This document shows positions 21,117 to 30,775 of a stretch of DNA of 64,000 bases, one piece after another (positions within the stretch are counted from its first letter, which is position 1; each line of letters starts with the position of its first letter). The DNA is taken from contig CAZVZU010000001.1 of the NCBI GenBank assembly GCA_964631685.1, positions 192,001 through 256,000 of the forward strand. Reading direction: 5' to 3'. Under the pieces are notes generated by a model. The model was not told the origin of the DNA and did no database searches. It was given only the letters and a program-made list of their open reading frames with translations. The DNA comes from an uncultured Actinomycetes bacterium (GTDB lineage Bacteria; SZUA-79; Acidulodesulfobacterales; Acidulodesulfobacteraceae). A program made the translations under genes and the position numbers.

Positions 21117-22223
21117 ATGAAAAGATTTAAGTTTAGCCTTATGTGTGCAATCTTGGTATTTTTATTTGCAGTAATTATAGTTAAATCCGTCTACGCCAAG
21201 TCTGCTAAGAAAAATTATCAATTAAAATTGATTACTAGAGTTTATAATAAATATGGATATCCTGAAGATTATGTTTCTAACTCAAAAACTAAAAATAAGC
21301 AACGGGATAATCATAGCAACATAGGCAGGAAGGGTTTTTCTGCAAATCACATAAATCCGGCAATCTTATCCGTAAATAATATGATAAGCATATCATATTC
21401 TGATTTTGGGCTAAACTATGGCGAATATGCCAATAATGGTTATGCGTTATCTCTAAATGGCGGAAGCCCCAGTAAATATTTGGATATCGAGACCGGTTTT
21501 TTAAACGGTTTTAAAATAAATGATTCTTCCACATTCTATAATTTTTATAATGTGGCAAGTTTCAGCTATTATTCTGGTGGTGATACATACACTGGTGCCT
21601 CACTGGGAGGAGGCGCGTTCGGATCGCAAATAGGCACAACCGATAGCAAAATATATAATTTTAATTACAAGGCAGGATATATGATCCCTGTAACAAATAA
21701 GTTTGTTATTACCCCTTACGGAGAGATAGGTTGGCATATATGGAAAAGGGATAACATCGGCGGCAATAATGGCCAAGATGAACACTACTCTAACTGGCTG
21801 GCTATGATAGGTGTTTTAGGGCAATATGCCTTTACGCCAAAACTTGTAGGCAAACTTGAATTTGGCTACGGGACAACAATTAATGCTAAAGTGCAGGGAA
21901 ACGAAATGGATATGACAGTTGCAAACTACGACACGACGACATCAGCGTGGTCTTATCAATTCGCCGATACCTCCTGGGGATTAGGTTCAAAATCAATATA
22001 CAATATTACTGCCGGTTTGAACTATAGGTTTCAAGGTCATTTTAATATTTTCGGAAATGCAGAATATGAAAGATTTAAATACGGACAATCCGCATTATAT
22101 GTTTATGATACGCAGGTTTATACTGATAGTGTTTACCAAAGCACTAGTACTTATCAAGTGTGGGAACCTAATAGTGTTACAAATGAAATAATCTACAGCA
22201 TAGGCGCGGGATATTCATTTTAA
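21117..22223 (+). CDS. outer-membrane beta-barrel protein of unknown function
   Basis: AAGGAGG RBS, signal peptide, Tyr/Gly-rich strands, C-terminal GAGYSF. Confidence 0.75.
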   Translation: MKRFKFSLMCAILVFLFAVIIVKSVYAKSAKKNYQLKLITRVYNKYGYPEDYVSNSKTKNKQRDNHSNIGRKGFSANHINPAILSVNNMISISYSDFGLNYGEYANNGYALSLNGGSPSKYLDIETGFLNGFKINDSSTFYNFYNVASFSYYSGGDTYTGASLGGGAFGSQIGTTDSKIYNFNYKAGYMIPVTNKFVITPYGEIGWHIWKRDNIGGNNGQDEHYSNWLAMIGVLGQYAFTPKLVGKLEFGYGTTINAKVQGNEMDMTVANYDTTTSAWSYQFADTSWGLGSKSIYNITAGLNYRFQGHFNIFGNAEYERFKYGQSALYVYDTQVYTDSVYQSTSTYQVWEPNSVTNEIIYSIGAGYSF

Positions 22224-22330
22224 TAATTATAGGTCATTGCAGAGTGCGTGTGTAAGCTTGACGGAAGATAATAGGGTATTTTTAGGACGAGATTTATATA
22301 AATAGTAAAATAAATGGAGGGTAATATTTT

Positions 22331-23713
22331 ATGGGTGGATTTGTTTTTCCTAACAAAACAAAAAAGATTGTAAGTATATTAAATGCGGCGCTGTCTGATG
22401 CAGATTCTGAATTAGAAAAACTTTACGCATCTGATAGGGGCGCATTTATGGACTCACACGCGGTGCTAGATTTAGTGAATGTATGGAGGGAAAGAGTATT
22501 GTCTCTTATATCTGGGCAGATCGTAATGCTTGAAATAGCGACGGATACAAAAAAAACGGCGATGGTCTTTGAAAACGAAGTTGATAGTTCATCTCAGCAA
22601 ATAGCCTCGGTTGCCACAGCAACAGAGGAGATGTCTCAAACTGCAAAAGAAATTGCCAAAAATGCTCAGTTAACTACGAATGAATCTAATGATACCGTAA
22701 AAAATACAAACGAGGGTGGCGTTGCCCTTGACGAATTAATCTCTAAAATGACACAAGTAGAAAATGCCGTAAGCTCCATGGGAGAAGCTATGAACCAGTT
22801 TATAGAAAGAACCGATACTGTAGCCGAACTCACAGATAAGGTCAAGGAGATCGCAGCGCAGACTAATCTTTTATCACTCAATGCTGCAATAGAGGCGGCG
22901 CGGGCAGGTGAGCACGGCAAGGGATTTGCGGTAGTAGCAGACGAGGTTAGAAATCTTGCCGAAAAGTCTTCTAAGGCCGCAAGGGAGATAGAACAGGTTA
23001 CATCGGGAATAGGTAGCCAGTCTAAGGAAGTAGAGTCTAGAATTTCTGAGGGGCTTAGTCATCTTAAAAGTTCTCAAGACGCGCTTAATGTGTTATCTAC
23101 CGTTGTCAACGCAACAAAGAGTTCGGCGGAAAAAACTAATGAACAGGTAACACATATTGCCACAGCTGCCGAAGAACAGTCTCATGTAGCCACAGAAATG
23201 GCAAGTAATCTTTCAAGCCTTACGCAAAACATGGGTGATATAAGTAATTCTTTCAATGGCATAAGAACATCCTTAGATAAAATGATCAACAGTACGGTTA
23301 AATCTATGGTCATATTTTCCGAATGGAAATTCGACTGTATGCTGCTTAACATCGCCAAATCAGATCATTTAATATGGATCAATAGGGTAATGGAAATTCT
23401 TTCGGATAAAAAAACATCTATAGGAAGCTCGGAGTTATCGGACCATCATCAGTGCAGATTAGGTAAATGGTTTGATGGTGCCGGAAAGAAAAAATACGGA
23501 AATTACAAAGAATTTATCGAACTCGGACAGATTCATCCAATGGTCCATGAAACGGGAAAGGCCATTGTTGAGGCCGCAAATGCAGGGGACATGGATGAAG
23601 CCGAATTACTGGTCAATAAACTTTTGGACTATAAAATTAGGGTTATCAACGCACTAGACGGTTTAAACAAAAGAGTTAAAAACGGAAGCATTCTTAGCAC
23701 TTACAAAAGATAG
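22331..23713 (+). CDS. soluble methyl-accepting chemotaxis protein with C-terminal CZB zinc-binding domain
   Basis: [31 protein letters not shown] hairpin; DHLIW...[11 protein letters not shown]...H..VH; no TM helix. Confidence 0.92.
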   Translation: MGGFVFPNKTKKIVSILNAALSDADSELEKLYASDRGAFMDSHAVLDLVNVWRERVLSLISGQIVMLEIATDTKKTAMVFENEVDSSSQQIASVATATEEMSQTAKEIAKNAQLTTNESNDTVKNTNEGGVALDELISKMTQVENAVSSMGEAMNQFIERTDTVAELTDKVKEIAAQTNLLSLNAAIEAARAGEHGKGFAVVADEVRNLAEKSSKAAREIEQVTSGIGSQSKEVESRISEGLSHLKSSQDALNVLSTVVNATKSSAEKTNEQVTHIATAAEEQSHVATEMASNLSSLTQNMGDISNSFNGIRTSLDKMINSTVKSMVIFSEWKFDCMLLNIAKSDHLIWINRVMEILSDKKTSIGSSELSDHHQCRLGKWFDGAGKKKYGNYKEFIELGQIHPMVHETGKAIVEAANAGDMDEAELLVNKLLDYKIRVINALDGLNKRVKNGSILSTYKR

Positions 23714-23773
23714 CATTATCTTTAATGACGTGCGCGCAAGGCAAACAAGAGAGGGGACTTCGATGAAAGATAA

Positions 23774-23869
23774 TGGCGGAAGCGTATGGGAATCGAACCC
23801 ACCGCGCCTTTTGTAGAGGCGCCTATTGATTTGAAGTCAAAGGGCGGCACCGGCCTTCCTTCCGCTTCC
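23774..23869 (-). tRNA. selC: tRNA-Sec (TCA)
   Basis: Reverse complement ggaagcgg...ttgaCTTCAAAtcaa...long variable arm...gtgggttcgattcccatacgcttccgcca; 96 nt, UCA anticodon, G73. Confidence 0.9.
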
Positions 23870-24038
23870 GTAATTCCACCAACGTTCCTAGATTATAATA
23901 TATGTTTTATTATTATTCAAGTCTGCTGTATTCTTGTCCTATTTGTAATTATAAAATTATTTTTGTATTTTTATAAACGGTTTTATATGGTATAATTCTA
24001 GCGTTAGCATTAAAAATAAAAATATGATAAGGCGTTAG

Positions 24039-24719
24039 TTGTTGCATATGGACAAATGGAAATTAGACGGAGATGATATTTGCAATGACGATGGGGACGG
24101 TTTTTCTTTTGGAGAGCCGGGTAAAGTCGGAAGCGATTTTGATTCTGCATCCTATAAATCGTCTTATAAAAAAGATAAAACGCGTAGTAAAAATGAGCAA
24201 CACAATGGTAAGCCAATCTACAAAAGGGATATTTTTAAAAAAATATTTTACATAGCACTTAGCATAGCCGCGGTAATGTCCGCGTACTATTTTTTTGAAA
24301 CGTTTTTCCCTAGTAATAATATTAATATAAAACTTTTTGACCTAAAGACCACGGTTTTTAGGTCAAATAAACTTCCCGAGAACAACCTCGTAATCACAGG
24401 CTATTTGCTGAATAAAAACAGTTTCCCTATAAGCTACGTCAGACTTACCGGCAGATTGTATAGCACTAAAAACATAACCATCGTGACGAAACATGTCTAT
24501 GCGGGTAATTTTATTAATTTGCACAAGCTAAAAAATATGCACAATATTGAAATAGATATGAAACTAAACAATAAACTCGGTAACAACATGTCTGACATAG
24601 AAATACTACCTAATCACCCCATAAAATTTATGGTCGTATTTTTTAATATAGCCCCAAACACAAAAAACTACTCTGTAACAGTAAATCACTTTTACGCCAT
24701 AAAGAAACCAATAAAATAA
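24039..24719 (+). CDS. membrane-anchored protein, DUF3426-like
   Basis: Acidic N-terminus, one TM, periplasmic domain with LVITG.L.N and PIKFMVVF. Confidence 0.6.
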   Translation: MLHMDKWKLDGDDICNDDGDGFSFGEPGKVGSDFDSASYKSSYKKDKTRSKNEQHNGKPIYKRDIFKKIFYIALSIAAVMSAYYFFETFFPSNNINIKLFDLKTTVFRSNKLPENNLVITGYLLNKNSFPISYVRLTGRLYSTKNITIVTKHVYAGNFINLHKLKNMHNIEIDMKLNNKLGNNMSDIEILPNHPIKFMVVFFNIAPNTKNYSVTVNHFYAIKKPIK

Positions 24720-24736
24720 ATTAGGTCAAGACAAAA

Positions 24737-25003
24737 TTATGTTTTTTTTGTTGATCTAGATCTGACTGTTTTTTTTCTCTTGGTCGCTGTAGCAGATTTT
24801 GTTTTGGTTATCTGTCTTTTCTTTGGTGCAGATTCTTCCGATTTAGGGGTTACATCTATCTCATCTTTCCCTGAAAGACTGTCCTTGAAATTTTTTAAAG
24901 CTTTACCGAAACCCTTCCCGATATCAGGAAGCTTGCCCGCACCAAATATTAAAAAAACAGCTATGATTAGTACTATTATGGCTAATGGAGACCATCCGAA
25001 CAT
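24737..25003 (-). CDS. tatA: twin-arginine translocase subunit TatA
   Basis: TM helix + FGAGKLPDIGKGFGKALKNFK amphipathic helix. Confidence 0.93.
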   Translation of the reverse strand: MFGWSPLAIIVLIIAVFLIFGAGKLPDIGKGFGKALKNFKDSLSGKDEIDVTPKSEESAPKKRQITKTKSATATKRKKTVRSRSTKKT

Positions 25004-25040
25004 TCTATATACCTCCCTTTAAGTTAGGACAACTTTTGAA

Positions 25041-25130
25041 TGGCGGAGAGAGAGGGATTCGAACCCTCGATAGACTCGCATCTATACATGATTTCCAATC
25101 ATGCTCCTTCGGCCTCTCGGACACCTCTCC
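25041..25130 (-). tRNA. tRNA-Ser (GGA)
   Basis: Reverse complement ggagaggtgtccgagaggccgaaggagcatgattGGAaatcatg...ggttcgaatccctctctctccgcca; long variable arm. Confidence 0.97.
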
Positions 25131-25261
25131 TTATATCAATAGAAACTATTAATGACGGTACTAACAACAACATTTGGATTATTGTAACATAAATTATCAT
25201 TAATTTGAAATATATTCATAGGTTTTGAATGCAATTTTTTTTAGAGAGGATCACTTTTATA

Positions 25262-25291
25262 TTGACAAAAAAATATATAGTGATATAGAAT
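25262..25291 (+). promoter_or_regulatory. sigma70-type promoter
   Basis: TTGACA (25262-25267) then TGaTATAGA / TAGAAT 16-18 nt downstream. Confidence 0.6.
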
Positions 25292-25318
25292 AGCAAATGT
25301 AATTCTTTTCTCCATTTT

Positions 25319-25351
25319 CCCCCAATATATGCCGAATATATTGGGGGTTTT
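25319..25351 (+). terminator. intrinsic terminator-like hairpin
   Basis: cccccaatatat-gccga-atatattggggg 12-bp perfect stem followed by tttt. Confidence 0.7.
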
Positions 25352-25389
25352 AGTTTTCAAAATTAAATCAATTCAAAATTATTGCCCAT

Positions 25390-25875
25390 ATGAAAGTTCA
25401 TACCACGAATAAAATAATAAAATTTAGCGATGTAAAAGAAGAAATATCAAGGCTTAAAAGGGATTCTAAAAAGATCGTTTTCACCAACGGATGCTTTGAT
25501 ATTATACATGCGGGACATATCGCATATCTTAATGAGGCTAAAGGGCTTGGCGATATACTAATCGTAGGAATTAATAGCGACAATTCGGTCAAACGGCTAA
25601 AGGGCCAAAATAGGCCCATCATAAGCGAAAGAGACAGGGCATATGTTCTGGCAAATATAAAACCTGTGGATTATGTAGTAATATTTCACGAAGATACCCC
25701 GTATCACCTAATAAAAGAGATCCAACCTGATTTTTTAGTGAAGGGCGGAGACTATTGCGAAAAGAATGTAATAGGTAGAGATATTGTAAAATCGTCCGGT
25801 GGAAAATTGGTTCTGATAAAATTTATTAAGGGAAAATCTACTAGTAGCATAATAAAAACTATAAAAGAAAAATAA
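25390..25875 (+). CDS. rfaE2: D-glycero-beta-D-manno-heptose 1-phosphate adenylyltransferase
   Basis: VFTNGCFDIIHAGH, GINSDNSVKRLKG.NRP, VKGGDY, STSSII. Confidence 0.93.
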   Translation: MKVHTTNKIIKFSDVKEEISRLKRDSKKIVFTNGCFDIIHAGHIAYLNEAKGLGDILIVGINSDNSVKRLKGQNRPIISERDRAYVLANIKPVDYVVIFHEDTPYHLIKEIQPDFLVKGGDYCEKNVIGRDIVKSSGGKLVLIKFIKGKSTSSIIKTIKEK

Positions 25876-25924
25876 AATTGGTTAATTACCCCTTAGCCAA
25901 CAATAATTCAACCTATCCCTCCTT

Positions 25925-26013
25925 ATTGTAACTAAAATGTAATACAAAATTAATATATTCTTAACAATTGATTCATAATATCGACACAATAAGATGCTAT
26001 AACTGTTTTTAAT
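25925..26013 (+). promoter_or_regulatory. promoter block copy A upstream of the T4SS pilin-like gene
   Basis: 78/89 nt identical to 28066-28154; contains TGTAAC-N5-TGTAAT and extended -10 TGcTATAAC. Confidence 0.85.
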
Positions 26014-26057
26014 AGCAAATTTTAATAACAAAAATTAAAAACAGTTAAGGAGAACAA

Positions 26058-26570
26058 ATGAATCTAAAACATTATTTCGATGATTTTTCTATTAATTTTT
26101 CAGCTTGTTTACTGTCGGGAATTTATGAAGAAATATTTTTTGAGAAGGTCCTAAAAAGGAAAAATGGTATATTTAGAATACTGTTTAGTAAACATATTAT
26201 GCTTTTATCCATTTTTGTTCTTGGATCTATCTTGTCGTTAAGCTCGAATGCAGTGGCAATGATCAATTTAAATCAAGGTTCTCTTGGGATAGGGGCATCC
26301 GGTATTTTGAACGAAGCAACGACATGGATATGCTACCGACTTGCACCAGCAACGCTAACATTGGGACTCGTTAAGGGATTTTACGATATTAAACAGCATA
26401 AACCTGATGCGGCAAGGAAGGCATTTATAACGGCAGCAGCAGGAACGGGAATTATGCTTGCACCTACTATAACAAGCGCTATACTTGGTATTGTTCAAAG
26501 CGCTGGGGGGACTTCAAATAGCATAATAATAGGAAGCGGAAATGGGGCATCAACGGTTGGCCAACCTTGA
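26058..26570 (+). CDS. putative VirB2/TrbC-like pilin
   Basis: AAGGAG RBS; signal-like segment ending NAVA, then two hydrophobic helices joined by a charged loop (DIKQHKPDAARK); first gene of the T4SS-like locus. Confidence 0.55.
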   Translation: MNLKHYFDDFSINFSACLLSGIYEEIFFEKVLKRKNGIFRILFSKHIMLLSIFVLGSILSLSSNAVAMINLNQGSLGIGASGILNEATTWICYRLAPATLTLGLVKGFYDIKQHKPDAARKAFITAAAGTGIMLAPTITSAILGIVQSAGGTSNSIIIGSGNGASTVGQP

Positions 26571-26598
26571 TACTGAAAAATAAAATAGAGTAGATTAT

Positions 26599-26925
26599 AT
26601 GAAAAACGGTTATATCAAATTCAAGATTCATAGAGGAATACATGACAAGGTAACGAGGTTTGGATTAGAGCTTTACGATTGGGGATTATTTATTTTTATC
26701 ACCATGGTATCTATTCTTTTATTTAAAAGAATAATCATTATTGCCATACTGCTTGATATACCTACTCTGATTTTTTTAAGAAAATATAAAAAGGGTAAAC
26801 CGGATTTCTATACCAGTTCACTGTTATCATTTTTATTCACTAAAAAAGAGCTGTTTATTTTAGAACCGGGCAGGGATAAACTAAATAGTCCTCACTTCAA
26901 TAATAATAATGATATTGATATATAG
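26599..26925 (+). CDS. putative VirB3-like inner membrane protein
   Basis: ~108 aa with two TM helices, FGLELYD and KKGKPDFY motifs; lies between the pilin and VirB4 genes. Confidence 0.6.
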   Translation: MKNGYIKFKIHRGIHDKVTRFGLELYDWGLFIFITMVSILLFKRIIIIAILLDIPTLIFLRKYKKGKPDFYTSSLLSFLFTKKELFILEPGRDKLNSPHFNNNNDIDI

Positions 26926-27947
26926 AACACCACTATAACAAACGATGCTGTCTTCATTATCTCTATTGTCTTTAATATATCACTCTTTTGTGCCTCACCG
27001 TGGTATTTAAAGCCTATAATTGGTCTTTCGCTAATTTGTCTCCCGTAGTAATTTACGCCTCCCAACCTAATCCTTAAAGCTCCCGCTATAATAGATTCTA
27101 ATTGACCTGCATTTGGACTGGGATGCATTCCTCTAAATTTTTTCCATGTTCTTATAGCATTGCCGATATCGTAATCCTTGCCTAAAATGCGCAATATAAT
27201 AATGGACATAATCATAAAAATTGCCGTAAATCTGAAAGAAATATAATTCAATGCATCATCTAATTTAGCTGAAAATTTTCCAAACCTCAAATACCTGTCG
27301 TTCTTATATCCCGTCAGCGAATCCATAAGGTTAACCGTTTTATAAATTACCGCTCCGGCCAAACCAAATGCGAGAATTAACGATAAATCTACGCTATGCC
27401 TAATGCCAATATTAACCATATGTCCCACTAAAAATCCCGCGGCAATATAAAAAAATATAGACCCGATACCGTCCCCTGTATTTTCCGCAATGGACTCTAT
27501 CGCAGCCCTTGAAATTTCTGATGCATCTAGTTTTTCGCTGTCCCTGCCGGCAAGGGACATAATATCTTTTCTTGCATTAGGCAAATCGCCCCTTTCTAGA
27601 TCCCCATAAACCCTTAAACCTGCATATTTTAACCCGCCCGTTGATATAAAAGACGATATGATATAAATGAAAAACACACAAAACAGTAGTAAAGACATTT
27701 TTATAATCATAATGCTTAAAATTATTAATACACTCAAGACAATAAAGAGGGTAGAGATATTAAAAAATACCCCTGCTGCAAAACCGTTTGAAATTTTGTA
27801 AAAAATCTTCTCCGTTACATTGGCGGTATAACCCATCAGATTTACAATATGGCAACGATAATGGATTCTGCCTATCAATAGATATTCAAATAAAAAAGAT
27901 ACAGCCAAGAGTAAAATAAGAGTGTAATTACTATAATGGTAAAGCAT
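26892..27947 (-). CDS. cbiB: adenosylcobinamide-phosphate synthase
   Basis: AIESIAENTGDG, YKTVNLMDSLTGYKN, FG.FSAKLDD, HPSPNAG, LGG.NYY; antisense to the flanking T4SS genes. Confidence 0.92.
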   Translation of the reverse strand: MLYHYSNYTLILLLAVSFLFEYLLIGRIHYRCHIVNLMGYTANVTEKIFYKISNGFAAGVFFNISTLFIVLSVLIILSIMIIKMSLLLFCVFFIYIISSFISTGGLKYAGLRVYGDLERGDLPNARKDIMSLAGRDSEKLDASEISRAAIESIAENTGDGIGSIFFYIAAGFLVGHMVNIGIRHSVDLSLILAFGLAGAVIYKTVNLMDSLTGYKNDRYLRFGKFSAKLDDALNYISFRFTAIFMIMSIIILRILGKDYDIGNAIRTWKKFRGMHPSPNAGQLESIIAGALRIRLGGVNYYGRQISERPIIGFKYHGEAQKSDILKTIEIMKTASFVIVVFYISISLLLLK

Positions 27948-28065
27948 AAATAAAACCAGCCCGGCAATTTAATTTTACTTGATTTTTATAGTTCTGAGGC
28001 TTTTAAAGGTTAATTATAGCACATTTAAATATTAAATAAACGCAAAATAGGTCATTTTTCCATTC

Positions 28066-28154
28066 ATTGTAACCAAAATGTAATATAAAATTAATACATT
28101 TTTAATAATTGCTTCATAATATTGAAATAATAAGGTGGTATAACTGTTTTTAAT
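28066..28154 (+). promoter_or_regulatory. promoter block copy B upstream of the virB4-like gene
   Basis: 78/89 nt identical to 25925-26013; TGTAAC-N5-TGTAAT and TGgTATAAC. Confidence 0.85.
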
Positions 28155-28189
28155 GACAATTCAAAACAATAATATATAAATACATAAAA

Positions 28190-30772
28190 ATGTTGCTCAA
28201 ATCCGTGTTAAGAAAAGTAAAACAGAATGAATCGTTTAATAACTATATTAATCTCTTAGCTATTCATGACAATATTATTGTTGGTATCGACGGGTCGTTT
28301 ACTATCGGTTTTATGGTTGAAGGATTTGATTACATTCTTTCCAAGGATGAAGTAATCAACGATTCGGCATATGCCAACGATCTTCTGCTAAATCTTTTGG
28401 ATAAAAACATAAGTCTGCAATGGATTTATAAGATAGGTAACGGTAATGACGATTTCATAAAAAATTATCAAATCTCTTCCATTCCTCCAAAAAATTATGA
28501 ATATATCAAGGAAAATAAAATCAAAGCCCTGAGGGCAGAAAATATAAAAAATATTAAAATATATCTATTTTGTACGATAAACAGTGTAAGTTTGACAAGC
28601 TCAGACAAAGACGGGATTCTGTCAAAACTAGTAAATTTCGGTTCCGGACTACTCAGCATAAAATCTCTTGATATACACAATGCTAAATCTAAGGCTTCTG
28701 CTAAAAATGATTTCGATATAATCAAAAAACAATTAAGCAATTTAGAGAACAACCTGAGTTTTTTCTCATCAAGGCTAAATATGGGATTAAAAAGGATGAA
28801 CAATCAAGAATTAACAGATTACTATTATAAGGAATTAAATCCCGAAAGGGCTCTTTCGGTAGATTCACCTAAATGGGAAAATATATTAAACGAATTCACA
28901 TTAAGAAGCCAACTAATGTTTTCTTACGGCGAAATAAAAAGAGATTTTTTTTACACCGACGGCTATTATTACAAGTTCATAAACATGCATAGGCTACCTT
29001 ACGAGACCGACAGCTATGGAATAACATCGTTGCTAAATGCTGAAAAAAATAACGGGGGCATTTCCAATTTTTTCCCATATGATGTATCAGTGTCTTTTAA
29101 AATTCCCGATCAAGAAAAAACAATAAATAAAATTCAGACGGACAGAAATATTAAAGCAAGTTTGACCGACGGCGTAGGCGGGGGATACGTCGACTACAAA
29201 GGAACCAATATTATAAATCAACTAGATGATTTTCTTGAGTCAGTTTCGAAAATGCAAAAGAAGATTGTGAACATCTCATTATGCGTTAGGCTTAAATCCA
29301 AGATCGTAGGAGAACTAGATTCAAGGACAACAAAAATCCTAGAAACATTCAAAGGGTTTAATGGAATGGAAGGCATTGTAGATAACATGGAACATCATAA
29401 CCTATTTTTATCCTTTCTTCCGGGTCAAGCTAACTTTAATAACCGCTTTAAGACATCTATCTCATCTGCAGTTTCTTCTCTTTATCCTCTTCATAAAGGC
29501 TTTAGCGGCACTGATAGCTGCGCCATACCGTTAATAAACACGCGGGGAGAGGCTGTATGTTTAGACTTGTATAATAATACACTACCGTCAAAACATGGGA
29601 TTATATTTGGCAAAACAAGAAGTGGTAAGGGATTTATGTTGAACGGATTTTTAACTAATTTTTATATGTCTGGGGATGATTATCATATCATAGGTGTTGA
29701 TATAGGAGGCACATACGGTAAATTTTGCAAAATATTTAATGGAGATTATATAGAGTTAGATTTAGACGGAACTTATTGTTTAAATCCGTTTCCGCCAAAA
29801 CGTCATATTGTTAATATTATAAATGGCGAAGAGGTTTTTAATCCCGATATCATGATATTTTTGACAGGCATAGTAGGCTTAATGGTAGAACCGGAAAGAA
29901 CTTTATCGCCCAATGATAAAACCATTATTGCAAGAGCAATTCAATCATCATATGACAAAATAAGAGATGATGATGACATGCCGACATTTTCAGATATCAA
30001 TAATGTTTTATTCGATTACAACGAGGGAAGAGATACAGAGGACAAAAAAAGGGCAATGGAAATGGGAAAAAATCTCTTTCAGTGGACGGATATTTCTTCA
30101 CCTTACAACATGATTCTAAACAGGAAAGGCGGGATAGATATAGATAAAAAGATAGTTATATTTGACTTACAAAAATTAAAAGGACACGAAGATTTACAAA
30201 AAATCGTATTTGCGATAATTAAAAATATTTCTTTTAAGAAAATGTACGATAAGTCGGCTAAGGTTTTCTTCTTCTACGATGAATGTTGGGAATTTATGAA
30301 TGATCCCAAAATAGCTGAGCTTATAATGCATCTTTACAAAATATCTGCTAAATGGGGATCTATGGTGTGGAGTATAACACAGGAACCCGGCGATCTTTTG
30401 AAAGCGGGAAATATAGGTAAAAGCATTATAGAGAATTCAACTATTAAGATATTTTGCCAATTAGATGCCGATGTTTCTGAAAAAGACCTGAAATTTTGTG
30501 GTATCAACGAGAAAGAGGTAAAAATTATCAAGGATCTTAAAGTTGTAAAGGGGCATTATGCTGAATATTTTTTAAAATTCGGAAACGATTCGTCTGTGAT
30601 AAGAAATAAACCCAATCCCTTTGAATATTGGTTGTGCTGTAAATCTTCGGAAGATGAAGAGCTTGAAAAGCAAATTGCGGGAATGTATCCGGATAAGTCC
30701 TTAAAAGAGAGGCTTTATATACTTGCGGAAAGATATCCTAACGGCCCGTATGGAATAAAGGAGAGAAAATAA
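28190..30772 (+). CDS. virB4: VirB4/TraC-family T4SS ATPase
   Basis: 860 aa; Walker A GKTRSGKG, VDIGGTY, CLNPF, Walker B FFYDECW, ITQ motif. Confidence 0.88.
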   Translation: MLLKSVLRKVKQNESFNNYINLLAIHDNIIVGIDGSFTIGFMVEGFDYILSKDEVINDSAYANDLLLNLLDKNISLQWIYKIGNGNDDFIKNYQISSIPPKNYEYIKENKIKALRAENIKNIKIYLFCTINSVSLTSSDKDGILSKLVNFGSGLLSIKSLDIHNAKSKASAKNDFDIIKKQLSNLENNLSFFSSRLNMGLKRMNNQELTDYYYKELNPERALSVDSPKWENILNEFTLRSQLMFSYGEIKRDFFYTDGYYYKFINMHRLPYETDSYGITSLLNAEKNNGGISNFFPYDVSVSFKIPDQEKTINKIQTDRNIKASLTDGVGGGYVDYKGTNIINQLDDFLESVSKMQKKIVNISLCVRLKSKIVGELDSRTTKILETFKGFNGMEGIVDNMEHHNLFLSFLPGQANFNNRFKTSISSAVSSLYPLHKGFSGTDSCAIPLINTRGEAVCLDLYNNTLPSKHGIIFGKTRSGKGFMLNGFLTNFYMSGDDYHIIGVDIGGTYGKFCKIFNGDYIELDLDGTYCLNPFPPKRHIVNIINGEEVFNPDIMIFLTGIVGLMVEPERTLSPNDKTIIARAIQSSYDKIRDDDDMPTFSDINNVLFDYNEGRDTEDKKRAMEMGKNLFQWTDISSPYNMILNRKGGIDIDKKIVIFDLQKLKGHEDLQKIVFAIIKNISFKKMYDKSAKVFFFYDECWEFMNDPKIAELIMHLYKISAKWGSMVWSITQEPGDLLKAGNIGKSIIENSTIKIFCQLDADVSEKDLKFCGINEKEVKIIKDLKVVKGHYAEYFLKFGNDSSVIRNKPNPFEYWLCCKSSEDEELEKQIAGMYPDKSLKERLYILAERYPNGPYGIKERK

Positions 30773-30775
30773 ATT

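Noticed and set aside
23714..23775. GGCAAAC-containing segment with a short inverted repeat (cattatcttt/aaagataatg), considered as a c-di-GMP riboswitch
   Set aside because: Lacks the GNRA tetraloop/receptor architecture and lies between convergent 3' ends
23786..23995. 69-aa ORF on +
   Set aside because: Antisense overlap with tRNA-Sec; spurious
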